A DNA stretch of 64,000 nt from the NCBI GenBank assembly GCA_017454905.1, contig JAFTCB010000047.1:15030-79029 (forward strand), read 5' to 3'. The position numbers and the translations under genes are program-made. Origin of the DNA: Bacteroidales bacterium. Its GTDB lineage: Bacteria > Bacteroidota > Bacteroidia > Bacteroidales > UBA932. Under the pieces are notes generated by a model that did no database searches, had not been told where the DNA came from, and saw nothing but the letters and a program-made list of their open reading frames with translations. Positions within the stretch are counted from its first letter, which is position 1. Each line of letters starts with the position of its first letter. Positions 32,229 through 41,671 of this stretch are shown piece by piece.

Positions 32229-34229
32229 TTATTCCGTCAGTCCCCTGCCGCGAAGCATCGCGGCGGAGTCAGGCTCACGGCCGGTGAAGGACTTGTAGAG
32301 CGTCATCGGCTCCTCGGAGCCTCCCTTCTCCAGGAAGGTCTGCTTGAACTTCCTGGCAAGTTCCAGGTCATACGGTCCCTTCGGGGAGGCCTCGAAGACG
32401 CTGAAGGCGTCCTTGTCCAGGACTTCGGACCAGAGGTAGCCGTAATAGCCCGCGGCGTAGCCGCTGGAGAAGATGTGGTTGAAGTAGGTCGAGCGATAGC
32501 GGTAGGTAATCTCCGGGATCAGCCCGATCTCATCGGCGATCTTCTGCTCGAAGGCGTCGATATCCACGCCCTTGGTGCTCTCCAGCTCATGCCAGCGCAT
32601 GTCGAGGATCGAGGCGGCGCAGAGTTCGGTGGTCATGAAGCCCTGGTTGAACTTGCGGGCATTGAGGATCTTCTTCACCAGTTCCTCCGGGATCGGCTCA
32701 CCCTGGGCGTTCCGGGCGTATTTCGCAAGCATTTCCGGCTGGAAGGCCCAGTTCTCGTTGAACTGCGAGAACATTTCGACGAAGTCGCGCGTCACGCTGG
32801 TGCCGCTCACGGAAGGATAATGGCACCGGGTCAGCAGGCCGTGCAGGGCATGGCCGAACTCATGGAAGGTTGTCTCCACCTCGTCGATGGAGAGGTTGTC
32901 GTCGGAGAAGTTGCAGACATTGACGATGATCGGGCGCACTTCGTTGCCCTGGGCGTCCACATACTGGTCGCGGACATTATTCATCCAGGCACCGCCGCGC
33001 TTGCTGGAGCGGGGCTTGTAGTCGGTCGTGAAGATGCCGAGCAGCGAACCGTCCTCCGCCGTGACCTTGTAGGTGCGGACCTGCGGATTGTACACGGGGA
33101 CGTTCTCCAGGCGCTCGAAATTCACGCCGTAGAGGATGTGGGCATTGGTGAAGATGCCGTTGACGACGCTGTCGATCTGGAAATAAGGCTTGGTCTGGGA
33201 TTCGTCCAGGTCATATTTGGCCTTGCGGACCTTCTCCGCATAGTACCACCAGTCCCAGGGCTCGATCCTGGAGCCAGCCGGGAGTTTGCCGGCCTTGACC
33301 TCCTGGTCCATCACGGCCTGCATATCGGCGAGTTCGACCTTGGCCTTGGCCACGGCCGCCTTCATGATGCCCTCCAGGAAAGTGTCCACCGTCTTGGGAT
33401 CGTGGGCCATCTTGTTGTCCAGCAGGTAGGCAGCCGCATTGGGATAACCCAGGATACGGGCTTTCTCGGCACGCAGGTCGAGCACCTCCAGCAGGAGCTG
33501 GCGGTTGTCGAACTCATTGCCGCGGTGGCCGCGGGCGGTGTAGGCCTCGTTGTACTGGCGGCGCAGGTCGCGGTCCTCGGTGGTCGTCATCTTGTCGGGA
33601 TAGGCGGACACGCTGAAACCGAATTTCTCCTTGAAGTCATTGGACTCGGCGAGGATGTTGTTGCCGATCTTCTGTGTCTTGGCGGCGATGTCGGCATTGA
33701 TCTCGCGCAGGCGCGCCTGCTGTTCTTCGGGCAGGCCGATGCCCTCGCGCTCGAAGCTTTCGAAATGCTTCTTGAGGACCATCTGCTGCTCACGGGTCAG
33801 ATGGCTCTGGTCACCGTTGTAGATGGCGGCCACCCGGTTATACAGGGCCTTGTTGAAGGAAATATTGTCACTGTGCTCGCTCATCAGGGGGATCGCTTCC
33901 TCCTCGACGGCGCTCAGCTCGTCGGTGCGGTCGGTCTCGGTGACGTTATAGAAAACGCCGGAGACCTTGGCCAGGATCCTGCCGGAGAGCTCCAGCGGGA
34001 CGATGGTGTTCTCGAAGGTCGGGGCGTCGGGGTTGGCCGTGATGGCGTCGATCTCGGCGTTCTGCTGCGCGATGCCCGCCTGGATGGCCGGGATGTAGTC
34101 GGAAGCGAGGATCTGTTCGTAAGGCGGAATGCCGTAAGGGGTGTCCCATTCGGTCAGGAAGGGATTGACACGTTTGTTGCAGGCTGTCATGGCAAGGATG
34201 ATGGCCGCGAAGGTCAGGATTTTTTTCAT
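32229..34229 (-). CDS. dcp: M3 family metallopeptidase (peptidyl-dipeptidase Dcp-like), lipoprotein
   Basis: LAMTAC lipobox; PTFENTI, PWDW.YY.EK, KRGGAWM, HEFGHALH, DFVE..SQ..ENW, F.HIF..GYAAGYY.YLW.EVLD. Confidence 0.88.
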   Translation of the reverse strand: MKKILTFAAIILAMTACNKRVNPFLTEWDTPYGIPPYEQILASDYIPAIQAGIAQQNAEIDAITANPDAPTFENTIVPLELSGRILAKVSGVFYNVTETDRTDELSAVEEEAIPLMSEHSDNISFNKALYNRVAAIYNGDQSHLTREQQMVLKKHFESFEREGIGLPEEQQARLREINADIAAKTQKIGNNILAESNDFKEKFGFSVSAYPDKMTTTEDRDLRRQYNEAYTARGHRGNEFDNRQLLLEVLDLRAEKARILGYPNAAAYLLDNKMAHDPKTVDTFLEGIMKAAVAKAKVELADMQAVMDQEVKAGKLPAGSRIEPWDWWYYAEKVRKAKYDLDESQTKPYFQIDSVVNGIFTNAHILYGVNFERLENVPVYNPQVRTYKVTAEDGSLLGIFTTDYKPRSSKRGGAWMNNVRDQYVDAQGNEVRPIIVNVCNFSDDNLSIDEVETTFHEFGHALHGLLTRCHYPSVSGTSVTRDFVEMFSQFNENWAFQPEMLAKYARNAQGEPIPEELVKKILNARKFNQGFMTTELCAASILDMRWHELESTKGVDIDAFEQKIADEIGLIPEITYRYRSTYFNHIFSSGYAAGYYGYLWSEVLDKDAFSVFEASPKGPYDLELARKFKQTFLEKGGSEEPMTLYKSFTGREPDSAAMLRGRGLTE

Positions 34230-35299
34230 TATTTGTTAAGGATGATAAACGTGGGGTAATGGTCGGAATAGCCGTTCATGAACTGCCCGCCCGAGAAGGT
34301 GCGCAGCGGGGTGCCGGCGAAGCGGCCTTCCTGCTGGGTCAGGAACGGCGGATTGAAGACGGCGCCGTAGTGGAAGGTGTCGGTCTTGACGATCCCCAGG
34401 GTGCCGTCGGCGGGAGCCGCCAGGGAGCCGCTCACCAGGATGATGTCGAAGATGTTCCACTCGCCGTGGTACTCCTCGGAGCCGAAACCGTCCTTGTGCA
34501 TCCGCAGGAACGGGGAGAAGAGATCACCCGGCTGCATCTCGGCGATGGTCTCGCGGCCATGCAGGTAGTCCGCGATGCAGGCGTCCTCCGGGTTGTCGTT
34601 CATGTCGCCCATGACGACCACCTTGAGCCCGGGGTGCTTCGCCTCCTGCGCCCGGATGTCGGCGTAGACAATCTCGGCGGCCCGGCAGCGCAGGTCGGAA
34701 CCCTTGTTGCCCGACCGGGACGGGAAATGGCAGACATAAACGGCAAACGGCTCTCCGCCAAGTTCGCCCCGGACACAGAGGACGTCGCGCGTGCGGAATT
34801 CCGCCTGTTCCTGCGGCGTCTTCTCGAACACGATCCCGGAGTCCGTCTTGAAATCAAAGGGCAGGGTGCGTGTCTCAATGACCTTGAACTGGGAAGGCCG
34901 GTACAGCAGGGCGCAGTCGATGCCGCGCACGTCCGGACTCTCCACGTGGACGAAATGATAATCCGCTTCCGCGATCTCCGGCCGGGCCACGAGGTCCTGC
35001 AGCACACGGGCGTTCTCTACCTCGGCCAGGCCGAGCAGGGCATGCCAGCGGCCGTTCTGCTTCTGCATCGCCTGGATTACCGAGGCGATGTTGGCCTGCT
35101 TCTTCTCATATTTGTCCGGGGTCCAGTTGTTCTCGCCGTCCGGCAGGAAGGACTGGTCATTCTTGCCGCGGTCGTGCACGGTGTCGAAGAGGTTCTCGAC
35201 ATTGTAGAAGCCCACGACGTAGGCGTCTTCGGGGACGGGATGCGTGCAGGCTCCCAGGATCAGGAGTGCAGTAAGGAGGAGGGATAATCTGTATCTCAT
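34229..35299 (-). CDS. Endonuclease/exonuclease/phosphatase family lipoprotein
   Basis: ILGAC lipobox; FYNVENLFD, GLAEVEN, D.RGID.ALLY, MGDMND.P, WN.FD.I, GYSDH.P. Confidence 0.9.
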   Translation of the reverse strand: MRYRLSLLLTALLILGACTHPVPEDAYVVGFYNVENLFDTVHDRGKNDQSFLPDGENNWTPDKYEKKQANIASVIQAMQKQNGRWHALLGLAEVENARVLQDLVARPEIAEADYHFVHVESPDVRGIDCALLYRPSQFKVIETRTLPFDFKTDSGIVFEKTPQEQAEFRTRDVLCVRGELGGEPFAVYVCHFPSRSGNKGSDLRCRAAEIVYADIRAQEAKHPGLKVVVMGDMNDNPEDACIADYLHGRETIAEMQPGDLFSPFLRMHKDGFGSEEYHGEWNIFDIILVSGSLAAPADGTLGIVKTDTFHYGAVFNPPFLTQQEGRFAGTPLRTFSGGQFMNGYSDHYPTFIILNK

Positions 35300-35305
35300 A
35301 ACGGG

Positions 35306-36739
35306 TTAATTGTTCCACCACCAGGCCACGTCGGCCGGTTTCTGGGCCTCGACGCTCTTCTCCACATCGTCAGGGAGGTTGACGAAGAAGTCCACGCCGA
35401 CCTTCTGCTCCAGTTCGTCGATGCTCAGGGTCATTTCTTTCCCGATGCTTTCCGCAGCATTGGGTTTGTTTTCAAACCAGATGCCCAGGGCACTGTAAGC
35501 CTTGTCCTTGGACAGGCGAAGCAAAGCCTTGTAGTATGCGGTCGGCACGGTGACATGCTTGCTGTCCGAATCCAGGACATAGGTCGTGCTGCCTTCCACG
35601 CTGCAGCCGGTCACCACATAGAGGGTGTCGGTGTCCGAATTCTTCGCCCAACTGCGCACCTTGCCTTCCAACACGGCCCAGACGGCGCTGTTGAATCCGG
35701 GATCCTGGGGCGTCAGGTTCGTCCCGTAGAAAGTCTCCAGGTTCACCGCAAAGTCGAGCCGGTCCGCGGACGGGATCTGGTGGCCGCGCTCGTAGTTGCC
35801 GCCGTTGCCCGCCTTGTAGACGTAAGGGTTGTACTGCTGCTTTTCGCGCGGCAGGAGCGGGTCCAGCGCAAACGAATCCGTACGCACGCCGGAACCGATA
35901 TTGCCCGCGCAGAGCGGATACGCCACCCAGGAGGAGACCAGGTTCTTGTCATCGTAGTACGCGGAGTAACTGCGTTTCCCGGACGGGAAGCGATGCATCA
36001 GCAGAATCTGTCCGTCGCTGTCGGATGTGGCCGGGAGCTCCATCCAGCCGGCTTTCGTGGAATTGGCCTTCGAACCCAGCTTGTACCCGCCTTCGGTCTT
36101 GGACACGAAATAGGCCGGCGTCTGGCCGCCTGCCTCGGCAGTACCGTTGTGTTCGCTTCGCAGGGTCATCATCGTGACGGTATCTCCGGCCTTCAACTCC
36201 AGTTTGGAGAAAGACTGGTCGTTCTTCCCCTTGGCGACCTGCTTCTCGCACAGGCCATAGACATATACATAGCCCGTCTCGTCCTTGAGATAGAAATTGC
36301 CGTAGGATTCGTTGGCGATGGAAGCGATCTCGCCGGTCAGCCGGTACCAGGTCGTCTCGTCCGGCTTCTTGGAGAGGAAGGTGGAGATGGTCAGCCGGGG
36401 CGTCCCCGCCTGGGCCACGCTCACCAGTTTGGACAATTCACCGGCCCGGATGGTCACCGTGGCCGTACGCTCCTCTTCCGCGGCGTTTTCTTCCGCCCGG
36501 AGCGTGACGAACTGGCTCTGGTCGGACGCTCCGCCGGATGCCGGTGTCAGGGTCAGCCAGGTCTGGTCCGAGGACACAGACCAGCTCTGGTTGGTCTGGA
36601 AAGAGATCTGCTGCTCGCCCCCGGCATACCCGATGTTGACCGTGGAAGACAGCATGTTCAGCGTCGCGGGACCGGTTTTCCCGCAGGAGACCAGAAGGAG
36701 GGCCAGCGCCCCGGAAAGAAGGAGGATCTTTTTGTTCAT
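35306..36739 (-). CDS. Lipoprotein: BACON + OB-fold + DNA/RNA non-specific endonuclease
   Basis: LLVSC lipobox; BACON (WSV.SDQTWLTL.P.SG...R.ATVT); OB (YGNFYL.D.TG.VYVYG); nuclease WVAYPL, YERGHQIPSADR, TFY.TN.TPQ...FN...W..LE..VR, VPTAYYK. Confidence 0.9.
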   Translation of the reverse strand: MNKKILLLSGALALLLVSCGKTGPATLNMLSSTVNIGYAGGEQQISFQTNQSWSVSSDQTWLTLTPASGGASDQSQFVTLRAEENAAEEERTATVTIRAGELSKLVSVAQAGTPRLTISTFLSKKPDETTWYRLTGEIASIANESYGNFYLKDETGYVYVYGLCEKQVAKGKNDQSFSKLELKAGDTVTMMTLRSEHNGTAEAGGQTPAYFVSKTEGGYKLGSKANSTKAGWMELPATSDSDGQILLMHRFPSGKRSYSAYYDDKNLVSSWVAYPLCAGNIGSGVRTDSFALDPLLPREKQQYNPYVYKAGNGGNYERGHQIPSADRLDFAVNLETFYGTNLTPQDPGFNSAVWAVLEGKVRSWAKNSDTDTLYVVTGCSVEGSTTYVLDSDSKHVTVPTAYYKALLRLSKDKAYSALGIWFENKPNAAESIGKEMTLSIDELEQKVGVDFFVNLPDDVEKSVEAQKPADVAWWWNN

Positions 36740-36771
36740 AACTTACAAATTTACGGCTTTTTCGGGAAGAA

Positions 36772-36807
36772 GCAAAAAGAGAAAGCCGGCCCTTGCGGGA
36801 CCGGCTT
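36772..36807 (-). terminator. Intrinsic terminator after the TBDR-lipoprotein pair
   Basis: Hairpin AAGCCGGCCC-TTGC-GGGACCGGCTT followed on the minus strand by TCTCTTTTTGC. Confidence 0.7.
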
Positions 36808-36827
36808 CCATCTGTCAGCAGGACGAC

Positions 36828-38126
36828 TTATTTGGTCTTGCCGTTGTGGCTGTAGATCCAGGCCTTGCCGGAGACGGTCTCGGCCGTGGTCTTGTACATC
36901 GTGGTCTTGCCGCAGAGGATGACCTTGTCGCCGACAGCGATCTGGTCGTTGCCTTCCACCCACTTCTTGTTGTTCAGGTAGAGGACGCGGTAGGCCTCGA
37001 AGTCCTTGGACTTGTCGTTGTTGTAGTTGCCGTCGGAAGAGATCCAGAAGGTAGCGTTGCCGTACTGGGCGGAGAACGTACCGTTCTTCTCGATCTTGGA
37101 GATGATACCCTCGACGTAGATGTTCATCGGGCTGTCACCGCCGACTTCCTTGGCGAACTCGATCACCTGCTCGGTCGTGAACGGATTGTCCTTCGTACCG
37201 ATGACGCCGTCCTGGCTGATGGTCGCGGACACCGTGGAGGTCTGGGAGCCGGAAGAGACGGAGAACGGAACCTCGGTCATGCGCGGGCCCTTCTCGTTCT
37301 TGGCGACTGCGAAGGTCACGACCGTGATCTCGTTGCCTTTCTTGTCCTTCTCGGTGGAGATGCCGTCGAGAGAGAGCCAGCTCTTGGCCTTCTCGGGCAC
37401 GCTGACGGAGACGTTGCCGCCCTTGCTGGAGAGCTTGACAACAGCCTTTCCGCCGTCGGCGGCGTTGTTGACGGTCTCACCCTCCTCGATCTTGACGAGG
37501 GACTTGACCACCTTGATGACCTTGACGTCGACGAGCTCGACCGTGCCGTTGTAGGTCGTCTTCGGACCCTGGACGGTCACGATGTCACCGACATCGATGC
37601 CGAAGGAAGACCAGGCGTAGGAACCGGCGGCGTTGACCGTACCGTAGATGTAGATCTGGCCGGTCTCATCCTCGAGATACCAGTTGCCGTAAGTCGTATT
37701 GGCGATGCTGGTGCAGACACCCGTGGCGATATAGGTCTTGCTGTCCGGGCCGGCGATGACTTCCTTGCAGGTAGCCTCGGTCGGCTTCACGACACCCTGG
37801 GTGACATTGATGCGCTGGGTGGCATCGGCGCAAGTGAGAAGCAGCGTGGCCTCGCGGTCCACGGAAGTGCTTTCCACGGTGAAAGTGACCGTGGTCTCGC
37901 CGGCAGAGCCGGAAGCGGGGCTGATGGTCAGCCACTCGGGCATCTCGCTGATGGACCAGGCGTTGTTGGCGTTGACAGAGATGGTCTGGCTGCCACCGGC
38001 AAGCGGCAATCCTACATAGGAAGAGGAGACCATCACCTCATCAAGATAATGAGGCTGATCTTTCTGGCACCCCGTCAGGACGGCCAGGGAAGCGATCAGG
38101 GAAAGGATAATGTATTTCGCTTTCAT
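36828..38126 (-). CDS. Lipoprotein with BACON and OB-fold domains (putative nucleic-acid-binding surface protein)
   Basis: VLTGC lipobox; BACON; OB segment YGNWYLEDETGQIYIYG...GDIVTVQG homologous to that in the neighbouring nuclease; second OB-like unit YGNATFWIS.DG...GDKV...G. Confidence 0.8.
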   Translation of the reverse strand: MKAKYIILSLIASLAVLTGCQKDQPHYLDEVMVSSSYVGLPLAGGSQTISVNANNAWSISEMPEWLTISPASGSAGETTVTFTVESTSVDREATLLLTCADATQRINVTQGVVKPTEATCKEVIAGPDSKTYIATGVCTSIANTTYGNWYLEDETGQIYIYGTVNAAGSYAWSSFGIDVGDIVTVQGPKTTYNGTVELVDVKVIKVVKSLVKIEEGETVNNAADGGKAVVKLSSKGGNVSVSVPEKAKSWLSLDGISTEKDKKGNEITVVTFAVAKNEKGPRMTEVPFSVSSGSQTSTVSATISQDGVIGTKDNPFTTEQVIEFAKEVGGDSPMNIYVEGIISKIEKNGTFSAQYGNATFWISSDGNYNNDKSKDFEAYRVLYLNNKKWVEGNDQIAVGDKVILCGKTTMYKTTAETVSGKAWIYSHNGKTK

Positions 38127-38141
38127 ATTGCTCTCGATGAA

Positions 38142-41100
38142 TTAGTTGAACAGATACTTGATACCGACGGAAGCATACCAGCACTGGCCGATCGTGTGGC
38201 TGTAGCTCCAGGTCTGCGTATTGCCGTTGATGGCGGCAGGCGTAGAGAAGGTAGCATAACCTTCGGCATCGTTGCCTTCGAACTGCAGGATGCGGGCCTC
38301 GTTGCCGATAGCCGGGTTGAGGTACTTGCTCACGCCCCAGCTGGAGTTGAACAGGTTCAGCAGGTTCTTGATGTCCAGATTGAGCTGCAGGGTGTTGGTC
38401 GTGTTGCCGATGCGGACGGTGAAGTCATGCTTATAGCTGAGGTCGATGCGGTGGACCCACGGAGAGTACACGCTGTAAGCCTCGGCATACTGGCCCTGGT
38501 GCTTGCTCAGGTAGCTGTCCTTGTGGACATAGTCCATGAAGCGGGCGGCATCGTCGGCGGAGACGAAACGGAACTGGTTGGAGGACACCTGCTCGTCGGT
38601 CGGGATATAGACGGAGTCGTAGTTGTAGCCGTCGCCGTTCATATCGTTGGTGAGCATGTAGGAGTAGTTGTAACCACCGCGCCAGGTCTCATAGATGAGG
38701 CTGTAGTGGTTGCCGCTCTTGTCGTTGTGGGTCACGGAAGCCACGAAGCGGTCCGGAGTCACATACTGGGAGTTGTGGAGCGGAATGTAGTTCGGGCCTT
38801 CGGAGGTCGGCACATAGGTGAAGGCAGACTCGGCTGCGGAACCCGGCATGCCGGTGATCTCCTTGTTGACGGTGTGCGTGTAGGCAGCCATGAGGCTCAG
38901 GCCCTCGATCGGGCGCATGTTGAGCGTGACGCTGCCGGACCAGCCGTACCCCTTGTTGGTATTCTCCAGGACGAAAGCCTTGGTACCCGTACGGAAGGCG
39001 CCGACCGGGTAGATCGGACGGTTGTCCGCACCGTTGAAGCGGGCGAAGCCACCGACGTTGACCATGCTCCAGTCAGAGATGGACACGGCGTTGACGGTCT
39101 TGTTGAAGATACCTTCCACCTCGATGGAGAACGGGAAGGAAGTCGGGAAGGAGTAGTCGACAGCGAAGGAGCTCTTCCACACCTGCGGCATCTTGAACTT
39201 GGGATCCACGGCGCTGATGGAAGAAGGCACGGTGCCGTCTTCAGGAGAGACCGTGCTCGGGTAGCCCAGGCCGACGAGCTTGTCGTACAGGGCGGCGATG
39301 GTAGCCTTGCCATTGGCGTCGGTCACGAGACCGCCGGCGAACTCGTTCATCGAGAAGCCCTTGGCAGCAGCATTCTTGGCATTGATCTGGGCCTGGTACT
39401 GCACGAGACCGCCGTTGGTCGGCATGTTGGTGAAGAACACGAGAGGCAGACGGCCGGAGAAGAGACCGGTACCACCGCGGACCTTCAGGCTCTTGTCACC
39501 GAGGACATCCCAGTTGAAACCGATACGCGGGGAGACGGTCAGCTTGGAGGTCGGCCACTTGCCGGTGTCGATGTGGGTCTCGGCATAGTTGTAAGCCTTC
39601 GGATAGTACTTCAGGGCATAGATGGCGTTGTTGGTCATCAGGTCCTTGTTGTTGAAGAACAGGCCGTCGAAACGCACACCTGCAGTCAGTTTGAAGTTGT
39701 CGCTCACGTTCCACTCATCCTGGGCATAGATGCCGGCCTTGTAGAACTGCACGCGGGCGGCAGGTTTCTGTTCGCCGTCGTAACCATAGGTCAGGGCGAC
39801 GATCTCAGGCACGGCGCCGGAGATGAAGTCAGCGACGGAGTTGTAGCGATAGTAACCGCTACCGTTACGCATGTACTGGTTGTCAGCCATCTGGTACTCG
39901 AAGCTCAGGCCTCCGGTGATCTTGTGGTCGCCGGTGTAGTAGGTGAGGTCGTCCTTGATGTTGGCAACGGTGTTGTGCACGGCATTGTTCCAGGTGAAGA
40001 GCTCGTAACCGAGGGCCATGTAGTTGTTGGCGCTCTCGTCGTCAGCACGGACACCGCCGTCCAGGATGTCGATGAACGGGAACTCGTCGGAGTTGGAACC
40101 GCGGATATCATCGAGTTTGGAATAGGTGGCGAGGAACTGGTTGGAGAGGTTGTCGCTCAGGCGGCTGTTGAGATCCACGGAGAAGGTGCTCACGAGGTTC
40201 TTCATCGAGTACATCGAGTTCGCGAAGGACATCGAGTACTGGGACATACGGGCGCCGGCCATACGGGTGCCGCCGTCCATGGAAGTCGCGTTGGGGGCGC
40301 TCCAGCGGTTGTTCAGCGTATAGTTGTAGCGGAAGGCGAGCTTGTGCTTGTCATTGATGTTCCAGTCGATGCGGGCCAGGAGCTTGAGGTTGTTCTCGTT
40401 GGCCGGGAAATCGGTCCAGGAACCGGTGTCATAACCGTACTTCTGCTTCACGTGGTTGGAGACAGCCTCCAGGTCGGAAAGCGTGGTGCGGGAGATGTAG
40501 TTGTTGGCATTGGCCCGGCCATTGGTGGAACCCTGCCAGCGGTTGGCGACGGTCGGGATCTTGGAATACTCGGCGTTGACGAAGAAGAAGAGTTTGTTCT
40601 TCACGATCGGGCCGCCCAGGGTGAAGCCGTAGGTGGTGTTGCGGTCGATGGCGCGGGCGCCGCCGATCTGCTCGCCGTCCACGGTGTCACCGCGCATGTT
40701 CTCGTTGCGGTGATACACGTAAGCCGTACCTTTGAAAGTGTTGGTACCGGACTTGGTGATGGCATTGACGCCGCCGCCGATGAAGTTGGTCTGGCGGACA
40801 TCGTACGGGGAGATCACAACCTGCATTTCCTCGATGGCGTCGATGGAGATCGGGTTGCCGCCGCCGGGCAGGCCGTCGGACAGACCGAAGTTGTTGTTGA
40901 AGTTGGCACCGTCCACGGTGAAGTTGGCGGTACGTCCGTCAGCGCCGGCGAAGGTCATGCCGTTGCCGCCGTACGGGGACAGGCGGGTCACGTCGGTGAT
41001 GCTGCGGCTGACGGTCGGCAGCGAGGTGATCTGGCTGCTGGTGATGTTGGTAGCGGCACCGGTCTTCTCGGCAGCGAACTTGGAGGCGGCCTCGGAGATC

Positions 41101-41465
41101 ACGATGGCTTCGCTCAGCATCTCGTTGTCGTCAGGAAGCGTCGCGTTCAGCGCATAGGCCTCTGCGAGCTGGAGGGTAACGTCGGTGTACGTAACGTTCT
41201 GGAAGCCAAGGCAGCTGACTTCAACGTTGTACGGGCCGCCGGCACGCATACCGTTGATAGAGAAACGACCCTCGGCATTGGCCACAGCATAGTACTGCGT
41301 ACCGGAGGGCGTGTGAACTGCGACGACTGCCGCACCGGCGACCGGCTCTCCGCTCTTGTCGGTCACGCGGCCGTTCAGAGAGGAAGTCGTCACCTGCGCA
41401 AAGGCAGACACAACAAAAAGCATCGCTGCGATGGACAGCAATACACTCTTGATGGTTTGTTTCAT
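38142..41465 (-). CDS. TonB-dependent receptor, Oar-like with N-terminal carboxypeptidase-regulatory-like domain
   Basis: AQVTTSS..G.V.D, HTPSGT.Y, N.TVDGA.FNNNFGL, PISIDAIEE.QV...PYDVRQ.NF.GG..NAITKSGTN, LFFFVNAE, YAQDEW, SPR.GFNWD; C-terminal KYLFN. Confidence 0.92.
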   Translation of the reverse strand: MKQTIKSVLLSIAAMLFVVSAFAQVTTSSLNGRVTDKSGEPVAGAAVVAVHTPSGTQYYAVANAEGRFSINGMRAGGPYNVEVSCLGFQNVTYTDVTLQLAEAYALNATLPDDNEMLSEAIVISEAASKFAAEKTGAATNITSSQITSLPTVSRSITDVTRLSPYGGNGMTFAGADGRTANFTVDGANFNNNFGLSDGLPGGGNPISIDAIEEMQVVISPYDVRQTNFIGGGVNAITKSGTNTFKGTAYVYHRNENMRGDTVDGEQIGGARAIDRNTTYGFTLGGPIVKNKLFFFVNAEYSKIPTVANRWQGSTNGRANANNYISRTTLSDLEAVSNHVKQKYGYDTGSWTDFPANENNLKLLARIDWNINDKHKLAFRYNYTLNNRWSAPNATSMDGGTRMAGARMSQYSMSFANSMYSMKNLVSTFSVDLNSRLSDNLSNQFLATYSKLDDIRGSNSDEFPFIDILDGGVRADDESANNYMALGYELFTWNNAVHNTVANIKDDLTYYTGDHKITGGLSFEYQMADNQYMRNGSGYYRYNSVADFISGAVPEIVALTYGYDGEQKPAARVQFYKAGIYAQDEWNVSDNFKLTAGVRFDGLFFNNKDLMTNNAIYALKYYPKAYNYAETHIDTGKWPTSKLTVSPRIGFNWDVLGDKSLKVRGGTGLFSGRLPLVFFTNMPTNGGLVQYQAQINAKNAAAKGFSMNEFAGGLVTDANGKATIAALYDKLVGLGYPSTVSPEDGTVPSSISAVDPKFKMPQVWKSSFAVDYSFPTSFPFSIEVEGIFNKTVNAVSISDWSMVNVGGFARFNGADNRPIYPVGAFRTGTKAFVLENTNKGYGWSGSVTLNMRPIEGLSLMAAYTHTVNKEITGMPGSAAESAFTYVPTSEGPNYIPLHNSQYVTPDRFVASVTHNDKSGNHYSLIYETWRGGYNYSYMLTNDMNGDGYNYDSVYIPTDEQVSSNQFRFVSADDAARFMDYVHKDSYLSKHQGQYAEAYSVYSPWVHRIDLSYKHDFTVRIGNTTNTLQLNLDIKNLLNLFNSSWGVSKYLNPAIGNEARILQFEGNDAEGYATFSTPAAINGNTQTWSYSHTIGQCWYASVGIKYLFN

Positions 41466-41623
41466 GATGTTAATAATATAGTAAAATTGAGTTGATTCAG
41501 TTCCTCTACACTACTACCTGCATTTCTGCGCCGCAAAGATAGTTCAGTTAATTGAATCAACCAAATGCTTTCCCGGATTTTTCTCAATTATTATTGCTAT
41601 ATTTGTCGCGATTATCAAACCAT

Positions 41624-41671
41624 ACGAGGACAGATTTGACTGCTTGCAACCTCGTCAAAAATGCTAAAAAG
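41624..41671 (+). ncRNA. SAM-II class riboswitch upstream of metK
   Basis: ACGAGG/CCTCGT P1 stem enclosing GATTTG and TTGCAA, followed by GCTAAAAAG abutting the ATG; TATATTTG promoter box at 41598-41605. Confidence 0.8.

Noticed and set aside
36312-41495. 1727-aa plus-strand ORF and similar long antisense ORFs (47051-50287, 50817-53681, 25177-27606, 29910-32168, 59695-62010)
   Set aside because: Antisense shadows of well-supported genes caused by strong codon bias; no recognisable motifs.
41552-41671. N-terminal extensions of MetK (and likewise Apt, Rnr, SmpB, C10 in the ORF track)
   Set aside because: These cover promoters, the riboswitch or neighbouring genes; family-typical starts lie downstream.
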